Below, piece after piece: positions 52,206-64,000 of a stretch of 64,000 bases of DNA; the first letter of the stretch is position 1; the number at the start of each line of letters is the position of its first letter. The stretch is taken from contig CAITZM010000190.1 of the NCBI GenBank assembly GCA_903896925.1, forward strand, positions 14,920-78,919, in the 5' to 3' direction. The notes beneath the pieces are model-generated. The model worked only from the letters and a program-made list of their open reading frames with translations. It made no database searches and was not told the DNA's origin. The translations under genes and the position numbers were made by a program. Source of the stretch: an uncultured Lentisphaerota bacterium (GTDB lineage Bacteria; Verrucomicrobiota; Kiritimatiellia; CAIQIC01).

Positions 52206-52419
52206 TGCATGGTTATGCCTGTTTGTTTATTTAATCATTCCCTGGCAGCATCTTGTGCATCGGAACCTCCGAGGCATGCCTTTTGACCGGGAGGACTGCG
52301 GAACTGGATCTGCAGGGATGACTTGAAGCGGCTCAGAGGCGCTCGAAACAGTGCATCTCGGCCACGCAACCCCGATCCTTCAAGCTGAGCGGTCGCACGG
52401 CGATCGCCGCGCAGGAAAC

Positions 52420-52937
52420 TCAGTAGACGATCGGGGCAAAGACCGGCCAGCGGGTGAGCTTGGCGCGGCCATTGAGGAAGGCCAGTTCGATGAGGAACTC
52501 GATCTCGACAATGGTGCCACCCAGCTTTTCGATCAGCCCCGCGGTTGCCGCTGCCGTGCCGCCGGTGGCCAGCAGATCATCCACCAGCAACACCCGCTCG
52601 CCGGGCAGGATCGCGTCGGTGTGGGTGTGCAGCGTGGCGCTGCCATACTCGAGATCGTAGCTGGCGGAAATGGTGCGTCCCGGCAGCTTGCCGGGTTTGC
52701 GGATCAGGGCGAGGCCAGCGCCCAGCTTGAGCGCCACGCCCGTGCCGAAGGTAAAGCCGCGCGCCTCGATCACCGCCACCTTGTCAATCCGCGCCTGCGC
52801 ATGCCGGTCGGCCAGCAGATCGACCGCGGTGCGGAACAGCTTGGGATCGGCGAGCAACGGCGTGATGTCCTTGAACAGAATGCCGGGCTTCGGGAAGTCG
52901 GGCACATCGCGGATGGCTTGCTTGAGGGTCTCAGCGT

Positions 52938-52941
<4 letters not shown>
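52420..52941 (-). CDS. apt: adenine phosphoribosyltransferase
   Basis: DFPKPGILFKDITPLL and the PRPP loop VLLVDDLLATGGTA. Confidence 0.93.
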
Positions 52942-53855
<914 letters not shown>

Positions 53856-54138
53856 GTCGTAATCCTATCTGTGCCCCTTGGTTGCGGGCGAACACGTTGC
53901 CGGGTATTCTGCAAACACTCAGCCGAAAAGCAAGCCGTGGTTTTCCCCGCCGCGCCGGCGGCCGGCGCCCCACCCTGTGAAAAGTCGGCGGAGGACCCTG
54001 TTCCCGGCCATGATGCCAGCCGGTGTTTCGACTGCCCAAGAACCGATCCGCGCGCTCGATGCTCACGGTTTTCAAGTATCTTCTCCAGAAGAAACTACAC
54101 TTCGCCCGCAAAAGAATGGCGAGTTGTTTTGCGTCCTC

Positions 54139-54395
54139 ATTCGTGAGCATGCGGCCGACCCACCGCGCTGCGTTCTCACAAATGCGGCTACGATTGGAAG
54201 CGACTTTCTTCCTGTGGGCGGGAGTTCCGCTCCCGCGCGCGTGCGTTGCGGTTGCTCTCGCGGGGCTGGGAAGCCCCGCCCACGAAGCGAAGGGCGGATG
54301 TTATGTGATGGCAGTGCGCTGTCGCTGCTGCAGCCGGGGTCGTTGACCCTGGCCGGCATCACCGATGCCGGCTACAATTGCAGTCTGCCGGAGCC
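54139..54395. repeat. composite REP-like element, copy L (downstream of the pectate lyase gene)
   Basis: Roughly 80 percent identical by eye to 55772-56044. It contains TTCGTGAG...CTCACAAA, GCGGGGCTGGGAAGCCCCGC, GCCGGGGTCGTTGACCCTGGC and GCCGGCATCACCGATGCCGGC hairpins. Confidence 0.75.
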
Positions 54396-54422
54396 GTCAT
54401 CCTGCCGCACTGGCCTCGCGGG

Positions 54423-55679
54423 TCAGGGGTGCCCGGCAAGACGTTCCATCGTTTCAAGGTTCCACTCGGCAGGCTTGAAGAGTGCCTGGGCCGGTGCCGC
54501 CGAGGGATAGCCGCCCACATCCTGCTCGCTGTCAATGAGCTTGCCCTTGCGCTCGACGGCGGCCTGCACGATCCGCTTGTCCACGTCGTCGCGATCCCAC
54601 GGTCGCGCGCCGGCGTTCTTGAGGACGTGCTCCTTCACCTGCGCCGCAGGCAGCGCCGTCAGGCCTGCGGGCCAGAAGGGACGCGCGTCGAGCGTGGTGA
54701 ACTCGCCGCTGGTGAGCGGCGCGGGCTGCCCATCGCGGCCGGCAGCGAGATTGTCGGCCATGAAGAGGTCCAGCGGGCTGCGGCGCAGATTGGTGAAGAG
54801 CGCCAGCTTCGGAGCGGTGTCGGGCCCGGCCTCCATCACGTTGCCGACCACCGCCAGCCGGCTGGGGATGAAGGGATGGGGCGTCCATTCCTTGAGCACC
54901 GCACCATGGTGGATGGCCGCCCGGCCGGGGTTGGAGATCCAGTTGTTCACGATGACCGCCTGAACGCCGCCCTTCGCCAGCGGGTTGCGCTCGCGGTTCG
55001 AGGCGTAGAGGTTGCCGACGATCAGAATCCCTGTCGCGTTGTCGTGGATCAGCGACCCCTTGGAATGCTCGCCCTTGCCGTGGGTCGACTGGCCCAAGCC
55101 TTCTGCGAGGATGCAGTTGGAGAAGGTGACGCGGTGCGAGGTGTTCGACCTCCACTCGTCCAGCGTATGGCCTTCGAAGCGCGGGCCGGACGCGGACAGA
55201 TTTTCATCCGTAGCCCAGCTCAACGAGCAGTGATCAATGATGATGTTCCAAGCGCCGTTGTGATCGATGCCGTGGACCTCGTAACCGCTCTTCTTCGCGT
55301 GCCCGGCCTCGCCGGCGCGGACGCGGATGTGTTGGATGATGACGTCATGAACTTTCTTGCCGCAGAGCTGGCCGCGAATCAGCGTGATACCCGGCACCGG
55401 CGCGGTCTGCCCCGCGAGGGTCAGGAACGGTTCGGTGATGTTGAGCGACTTGCCGGCCAGGTCGATGATGCCACCGACCTCGAACACGACGATGCGCGGC
55501 CCCTTGATCTGCAGCGCCTCCGCGAGCGAGCCCGGCCCCGCCGCTGCCAGTGTCGTCACCTTGATAACCTGCCCGCCGCGCCCGCCCACCGTATCGGCAG
55601 CCCAGCCGGGCGTGCCGCTGTCGCCCGCCAACGACACCACCGCACCGAGCAAAACTGCCGCCATGATCCTCTGCTTCAT
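54423..55679 (-). CDS. pectate lyase (PL1-like beta-helix), secreted
   Basis: Start at MKQRIMAAVLLGAVVSLAG. Motifs GGRGGQVIKVTTL, IIIDHCSLSWATDENLS and NRERNPLAKGGVQAVIVNNW are present. The listed ORF's upstream 117 codons translate repeat DNA. Confidence 0.8.
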   Translation of the reverse strand: MKQRIMAAVLLGAVVSLAGDSGTPGWAADTVGGRGGQVIKVTTLAAAGPGSLAEALQIKGPRIVVFEVGGIIDLAGKSLNITEPFLTLAGQTAPVPGITLIRGQLCGKKVHDVIIQHIRVRAGEAGHAKKSGYEVHGIDHNGAWNIIIDHCSLSWATDENLSASGPRFEGHTLDEWRSNTSHRVTFSNCILAEGLGQSTHGKGEHSKGSLIHDNATGILIVGNLYASNRERNPLAKGGVQAVIVNNWISNPGRAAIHHGAVLKEWTPHPFIPSRLAVVGNVMEAGPDTAPKLALFTNLRRSPLDLFMADNLAAGRDGQPAPLTSGEFTTLDARPFWPAGLTALPAAQVKEHVLKNAGARPWDRDDVDKRIVQAAVERKGKLIDSEQDVGGYPSAAPAQALFKPAEWNLETMERLAGHP

Positions 55680-55771
55680 AGGTGCCTCGTCTGCACGCAG
55701 CATTTGCAAAACCCCGCGGAACGTCCAGATAATTCGCCACGAAGAATCGCCGTGCAATTCTTCCGCAGCCG

Positions 55772-56390
55772 TATTCGTGAGCATGCGGCCGGCCCGGCGC
55801 ACCGCGTTCTCACGAAGGCGGTTGCTCTTGGAAGCGGCTCTCCTCTTGTGGGCGGGAGCTCCGTTCCCGCGCGCGTGTGTGGCATTGCGGCGGTGCGGCT
55901 CGCGGGGCTGGAAGCCCCGCCCACAAAGCGAGGTGCGTGTGTTGTGTGTTGGCGTTGAGCTCTTGCTGCTGTAGCCGGGGTCGTTGACCCCGGCCGCTCG
56001 CGCAGGCGCGCGACGGTCGGCCGGCATCACCGATGCCGGCTACAGGTGGATGCGCCTTTTCTGGCGGGCGGAAGTTCCGGCGGCGTGCCACAACTTCGCC
56101 AAGGCAAATGTTGCGGCGGCGGTGCGGCTCGCGGGGCTGGAAACCCCGCCCACAAAGCGAGGTGCGTGTGTTGTGTGTTGGCGTTGAGCTCTTGCTGTTG
56201 TAGCCGGGGTCGTTGACCCCGGCCGCTCGCGCAGGCGCGCGGCGGTCGGCCGGCATCACCGATGCCGGCTACAACTGGATGCGCCTTTTCTGGCAGCCGG
56301 GAATTCCTGCGGCGTGCCACGACTTCGCCGGGTAAATGTTGAGTTGATGGCGCGGTTCGCGGGGCTGGAAGCCCCGCCCACGAAGAGAGT
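55772..56390. repeat. composite REP-like element, copy R, including a 229-bp tandem duplication (about 2.2 units from 55886)
   Basis: GCGGGGCTGG recurs at 55902, 56131 and 56359. TGTAGCCGGGG...CCGGCTACA mini-elements lie at 55970-56044 and 56199-56273. Confidence 0.85.
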
Positions 56391-56670
56391 TTGGTTCTGT
56401 GGCAGGGCGGTCGCGCCGCGACCGCCGTTGTGATTTTGGTTGGTTGGTCTGGCGGCGGGCACGGCGTGCCCGCCCTACCGATGCCGCTCCGGCGGTCAAA
56501 CCTCGAAGACGACAGAGGGGAAAACTCTAGCAGCGTCCGGCCTTGGAACCACATTGGCCTTGAAAAGCAGCCGCCCGTCCCCTAATCAACGGGCGCGAGA
56601 CCGGAGTTCATAAGTGATGCGGAAGTTTGCCTGACAACGTTGCTCGCGAAGCGAAGGGAAGGAAGGACAG

Positions 56671-56877
56671 ATGAATGAATTGACGCCAAAGAAAATAAGA
56701 AAACTTTTCCTCACCATTGAGATCAACCTGGTGCTTTGGCTTGTATTGTGCGGGATGATTTGGACCTCGCCGTCAGTTGCTCCTCAGATCAAGCACTACG
56801 CAACCATTGGGATGATCATTGCCGCTTTGCTGCAACATTGGGCCTATTACGACCTGTACAAGACGGCCAAGGAATAA
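56671..56877 (+). CDS. small hypothetical membrane protein (two predicted TM helices) in an A/T-richer patch
   Basis: GGAAGGAAGGA lies about 5 nt before the ATG. Hydrophobic helices NLVLWLVLCGMIW and ATIGMIIAALLQHW. No family recognised. Confidence 0.4.
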   Translation: MNELTPKKIRKLFLTIEINLVLWLVLCGMIWTSPSVAPQIKHYATIGMIIAALLQHWAYYDLYKTAKE

Positions 56878-56999
56878 AAGCTTGGCGGGGTGTCGCGCAA
56901 AGCAGTCGTGGGAAGATTCGACCCACAGCGAGTCTCACGGCGCATTACCCCGGCCGGGAAATTTCCGCGCTCCTTGCCGCGCGTTGCCCCCCCCCCCAT

Positions 57000-57046
57000 T
57001 TCCACGGATTGGAAACCGGAACTGCTGTGTTTTCCAAGCATTGGAA
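57000..57046. repeat. TTCCA-N-TGGAA hairpin repeat array (family A), 2 units, preceded by a C11 tract
   Basis: TTCCACGGATTGGAA (centre 57007) and TTCCAAGCATTGGAA (centre 57039), 32 bp apart. The C11 tract is at 56987-56997. Confidence 0.75.
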
Positions 57047-57063
57047 AAGTGTGCGCCGCCGTG

Positions 57064-59205
57064 TCACCGCTGCACGGTCAGGACGTACCACGGTGTGGCG
57101 GGCTGGCCGAGGTCGAGCGTCCAGGTGTCGTTGGCGCGGGCGAGCTTGATCGGCGCGCCGAGCGGGGCGCCGTCGCCGTCGAGGGGTTGCGCAGTGACGG
57201 CACTGGCTTTGTCCAAGCCTTGGAAAATCAGCTTGCCGGCGAGCGGTTCGAGGCGTGCGGGGGCGTTGCCCCAGTTTTCCAGTGAGGTCTTGTTGGCATT
57301 CCATGTCATGCCGCTGTTCGCCATGCGCGCGCCGACCGTCAGCAGCAGGCGCTGCGCCATCGCGATGGGCTGCTGGTCGAGCGCGCCGAGCGTGATGGCG
57401 GTGAAGGGCGTCTGCATTTCGGCGCGCAGATTCTTCGTCGCGCCCCGTTGCGTGGCGAGGTGGCCGATCAGCGCCTGCGAGCGTGGCGTATCCACAACGA
57501 CGAGGCCGGTGCCCTTGCCGCTCGCGCGCCACACGAGTTCGCCGGTGTCGGAGGCGATGTCATTGGTCGCCGCCGGCGCGAAAGCGCCGGTCGACGGTCC
57601 GTCGAACGAACTGACGCGGACGCCGTGGATCAGCGGCAGCGTCAGCGGAAAGCCGGGCGTGAAGTAGGGTTGGTCCTTCCAGCCCATGCGCAGGCTCGCC
57701 AGCACCTGCTCGTGGCTGTAGCTGCGCGCGAGCGTCTGTTTCGCGGCCTGCACATCGCCGCGCAGGAAGAGCAGCGCACCGGCGGCGATCTGGTTGAGCT
57801 TCACCGCATCCTTGGCTAAGTCGAAGTGGGCGAGCGCATTCTTCTCCATCGTGGTCACATCCTGGTGCGCTAGCGAGTACCAGAAGATGCCATCCCAGTC
57901 CTGCAGCGCGGCGTAGGCCGCGAGGACCGGCACCCCCTCGCAGGCATACTCGGCGGGGAACGGATGGTTCGCCTCGGAGACCGTGAACGGCTTGCCGACG
58001 ATGGCCGTGCGAGAGAGTTGGACGACACTGGAATTCCGCGGGTCGTCCACCATCGGCGTGTTCGGGATGCTGAAGCCGGAGCGCCGCTTGCTGCGCGGGT
58101 CGTTCAGGTAGCGCGGGTGCTGCCAGTAGATGTGGCCATCCACGGCGTCGAGCTGGGCGAGCGCGGCGACGTGCGGATAGCCGGACATGCCGTGGTTGTG
58201 GTCGCTGTCGCCGATGAGCAGGCTCTTCACACCAAGGTCTTCGCGCAGGAACTTCGCCATGGTGCGGAAGAAACGGCCCTCGACCTCCATGTAGAAACAG
58301 GCCTCGGCGTCGAAGCGGTCCTGGTCGGCCTTGAGCGCCTGCTGCTTGTTCATCCGCGGCACCTGGCCGGAGGCATCGCGCCAAGCCGCGAGCTTCGCGG
58401 CGGGCACATGCTGCGGCAGCCACGCATTGAACTGCTTCGTCAGGTCCGCGGCATAGCTCGGCGGGATGTCATGCCACGTGTCGTTTGGCTTGGTGGTCTG
58501 GTTGCCGTTCAGCCGGTTGGCCAGCCACGCCTCGACGAGCGAGTTCTCGTTGACGAACTCGACCACCGCCACCGCGGGTTCCTCACGATAGGCGCGGCCG
58601 GTGTAGGCGTTGGTGTGCGTCAGCAGGTTGCGCGCGTACTCGCGCTGCAGTTCGAGCAGCCGCTCGTCGAAGTAGGTCGCGCCCTTGCCGATGCCGAGCC
58701 ACTCGCTCTCGCGCACGCCGTCGCCGGGCTTGTAGCTGCGGTAGACGTTCAGGTTCAGATCGGCGTAGATGCCGCGCTGCTTCAGCTCGAAGACGAAGCG
58801 GTCGAGCCGGTCGAGCGCCGCCGGATTGAGGGAGCGCGTGTTATCGCCCTTGGCGTCCGTCAAAGCCCACGCCGAATCGAGAAAATGAAAGCGGATGCAG
58901 TTGATGCCGCGGCGCGCGAGCGCGGCGGCGATCACCGGCGCGTTGTTGGTCGCGGGCAGCCCGGCCGCGCCCGTCGCGTTGAGGCCCCAGATGCGCAGGC
59001 GCGAGCCGTCGGGTTTGACGAAGTGGCCATCCTTCACCTTGATGAAGCCGTCCTTGCCCGCCGGGGCCTGTAGCAGGAACGAGACATCCGCCGGCGACTC
59101 CACGCCCGCGCGCCAGTCCACCTTGAAGGCCGGCCAGTCGTCCGCGCCGCGCGCGCCCAACGCCGCTGCGCACATCGCCAACACCACGCTCATTATTTTT
59201 TTCAT
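57064..59205 (-). CDS. secreted glycoside hydrolase, GH5-like (beta/alpha)8 barrel with C-terminal beta-domains
   Basis: Signal peptide MKKIMSVVLAMCAAALGARGA. Motifs GINCIRFHFLD, GIYADLNLN and VVEFVNENS (an NE acid/base-like motif). The family assignment is tentative. Confidence 0.55.
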   Translation of the reverse strand: MKKIMSVVLAMCAAALGARGADDWPAFKVDWRAGVESPADVSFLLQAPAGKDGFIKVKDGHFVKPDGSRLRIWGLNATGAAGLPATNNAPVIAAALARRGINCIRFHFLDSAWALTDAKGDNTRSLNPAALDRLDRFVFELKQRGIYADLNLNVYRSYKPGDGVRESEWLGIGKGATYFDERLLELQREYARNLLTHTNAYTGRAYREEPAVAVVEFVNENSLVEAWLANRLNGNQTTKPNDTWHDIPPSYAADLTKQFNAWLPQHVPAAKLAAWRDASGQVPRMNKQQALKADQDRFDAEACFYMEVEGRFFRTMAKFLREDLGVKSLLIGDSDHNHGMSGYPHVAALAQLDAVDGHIYWQHPRYLNDPRSKRRSGFSIPNTPMVDDPRNSSVVQLSRTAIVGKPFTVSEANHPFPAEYACEGVPVLAAYAALQDWDGIFWYSLAHQDVTTMEKNALAHFDLAKDAVKLNQIAAGALLFLRGDVQAAKQTLARSYSHEQVLASLRMGWKDQPYFTPGFPLTLPLIHGVRVSSFDGPSTGAFAPAATNDIASDTGELVWRASGKGTGLVVVDTPRSQALIGHLATQRGATKNLRAEMQTPFTAITLGALDQQPIAMAQRLLLTVGARMANSGMTWNANKTSLENWGNAPARLEPLAGKLIFQGLDKASAVTAQPLDGDGAPLGAPIKLARANDTWTLDLGQPATPWYVLTVQR

Positions 59206-59514
59206 GCTTCACCTTTCGAAAAGTTGCCGCAGTTCCAGTCCCCGTGCAGATGCGGCCTCCGGCCGCATCCGGACAAGCGACTGGAGGTCGCTCCTACAAA
59301 GCGTGCCGCCAGCATCCTGTTCAGTGGGTCGATAGGCCGCCGAACAGGAGCCTCTCGCGGAGCGAGAGGACTACTATGGCGGCGCTGCAAAGTAGACCTC
59401 ACGCTCCGCGTGAGGTTCTGTCGTCGCTTTCCCCATCTGTGTAATCTGTGAAATCTGTGGATGCACTTCTTCGGTTGCTGCGTAGCCGCGCTGCATCCCT
59501 TTGTGATTCTGACG

Positions 59515-63006
<3,492 letters not shown>

Positions 63007-63173
63007 GAAAACGCCTCTCCGGTTTGTCTTGCACCACTAACGCACGGACCGCCCCAAAATTTCAGCGCCGCGCCGACGCCGCGCGCGACACCCCGAAACA
63101 CGCACAGGAACATCGTTCCGCAGGGCCGCTGGCGCTTTTTTTCGCATTCGCGAGCGCCGCATCATGTCAGGTT

Positions 63174-63252
63174 TTCCAAGGATTGGAAACCGGGAACCGC
63201 GATTTCTCCAAGTCTTGGGAGAAGCGTGCGAGCCGGCTTCCGAGGCTTGGAA
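63174..63252. repeat. TTCCA-N-TGGAA hairpin repeat array (family A), 3 units
   Basis: Unit centres near 63181, 63212 and 63245 (spacing about 31-33 bp). Confidence 0.75.
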
Positions 63253-63272
63253 CACGCCCCGGCGCGAGCTGC

Positions 63273-63300
63273 GCTTTCACAGTTGTACAACTGTGAAAGC
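63273..63300. promoter_or_regulatory. 28-bp perfect palindrome GCTTTCACAGTTGT|ACAACTGTGAAAGC flanked by direct GGCGCGAGC repeats
   Basis: Exact symmetry. GGCGCGAGC occurs at 63261-63269 and again at 63302-63310. Confidence 0.5.
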
Positions 63301-63312
63301 GGGCGCGAGCGT

Positions 63313-64000
63313 TCAGTTGGCGGGGCGGCTGACGGCGTCAAGGGTGGCGCGGACGTCCTCAAGCGTACCGACGAGGACGAGCATGCGGTTGCTGTAGTCG
63401 CCCGCGGCGAGGCCCTCGCGTTTCGTGACGCGGTAGACGCAGTTCCACTTGGTGACCTTGGCCCGCAGAAACTCAAAGCGGCCGTAGGTGGTTTTCGGGG
63501 CGCCGGCGACCGGCGGAGCGTAGATACCCATCGCGTACCGGCCGTCCTGCGTGGCGAGGATCACCGGCGAAGGAATTTCGCCAGGGCCCTTGTCCACCGG
63601 CTCCAGCTTGCGTGTTTTGAGATCAAAGCGCCAGAAACTGTTGAACTCGGCCGGCATATAACCGGTCAGCGCCTCGAAGACCCCGTGGGTGTGCCGCTCG
63701 CCCGCGGGCAGCGTGAAGGTGACCTGATAATCAATGACGTTGGGGAAACCGGGGATGCCGATGCGCACGCGCTTGGCCAACAAGTGATCGGAGAGCGGCT
63801 TGGTATTACGCGCCGGGACGCCGCCGGATTTTTGGCCGGGCACCAGCCAGAAGGCCATCTGGTTCGTCGTCACCAGTTCGTTGCCGTCCGCGTGCAGGTA
63901 GAGCAGGCGGCTGGTCGTCTTCGGCCCCGCACCGTCGCGGCAGGAGCCGGCCTCGGTTGGATTGAACGTCTCGTTCTTGATGTCGCCATCCACATCGAAG
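63313..64000 (-). CDS. hypothetical protein, C-terminal part (ORF open to the window edge)
   Basis: No in-frame stop between the listed GTG (63993) and position 64000. The amino-acid composition looks coding. No family recognised. Confidence 0.5.
   Translation of the reverse strand, partial: FDVDGDIKNETFNPTEAGSCRDGAGPKTTSRLLYLHADGNELVTTNQMAFWLVPGQKSGGVPARNTKPLSDHLLAKRVRIGIPGFPNVIDYQVTFTLPAGERHTHGVFEALTGYMPAEFNSFWRFDLKTRKLEPVDKGPGEIPSPVILATQDGRYAMGIYAPPVAGAPKTTYGRFEFLRAKVTKWNCVYRVTKREGLAAGDYSNRMLVLVGTLEDVRATLDAVSRPAN

Noticed and set aside
52135-52326. 63-aa ORF in the queA-apt gap.
   Set aside because: It starts inside the perfect palindrome, has no ribosome-binding site, and has an odd composition. 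It is treated as non-coding; see the finding on this gap.
55886-56390. Possible CRISPR array.
   Set aside because: The repeat unit is 229 bp and the units abut directly. There are no short repeats alternating with unique spacers, and no cas genes are present.
55680-56554. N-terminal extension of ORF 54423-56030(-), plus ORFs 55810-56259(-) and 56027-56554(-).
   Set aside because: They translate the composite and tandem repeats, giving near-identical peptide repeats such as MMPADRRAPARAAGVNDPGY. A proper signal peptide starts at MKQRIM (55679).

Overview
High-GC bacterial chromosome segment. I infer a Verrucomicrobia (Opitutae-like) origin from a prepilin-type N-methylation-motif protein, Tat-signal xylose-isomerase-fold and FAD proteins, and the style of the intergenic repeats; this cannot be confirmed without a database search. 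About 50 protein genes are supportable. I found no rRNA, tRNA, CRISPR array, transposase or integrase. Layout: (i) 1-5.7 kb, secreted carbohydrate-active or unknown proteins (GH115-like, SGNH esterase, beta-helix, NHL propeller). (ii) 5.7-10 kb, galE and a cinA-thpR-recA operon. (iii) 10.1-27.1 kb, an atypical glycan/deoxysugar locus: LarA-like racemase, a translationally coupled Fcl-like/SAM-MTase/SDR/HddA-like kinase operon, two GT4 glycosyltransferases, a polytopic membrane protein, a His-for-Lys ColD/E1-type sugar 3-dehydratase, a split transketolase and three B12-binding radical SAM paralogs. This is the most likely undescribed system in the window. (iv) 27-39 kb, housekeeping genes plus a TonB receptor/YfiR/CHASE8 hybrid kinase module. 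(v) 39-45 kb, an A/T-richer orphan ORF, a secreted hydrolase, and a Tat-FAD oxidoreductase with a NapH-like polyferredoxin. (vi) 44.7-54 kb, ahpC, an MbfA-like VIT protein, TPR, BON, glmS, queA, apt and a sigma-70 factor with a basic tail. (vii) 54-64 kb, pectin-type degradation genes (PL1 pectate lyase, GH5-like, GH106-like). Intergenic DNA holds several REP/MITE-like repeat families, including phased TTCCAA-N3-TTGGAA hairpin arrays, TGTAGC...GCTACA mini-elements, a 229-bp tandem duplication and a twice-occurring perfect palindrome. Many long antisense ORFs in the track are GC-driven shadows.
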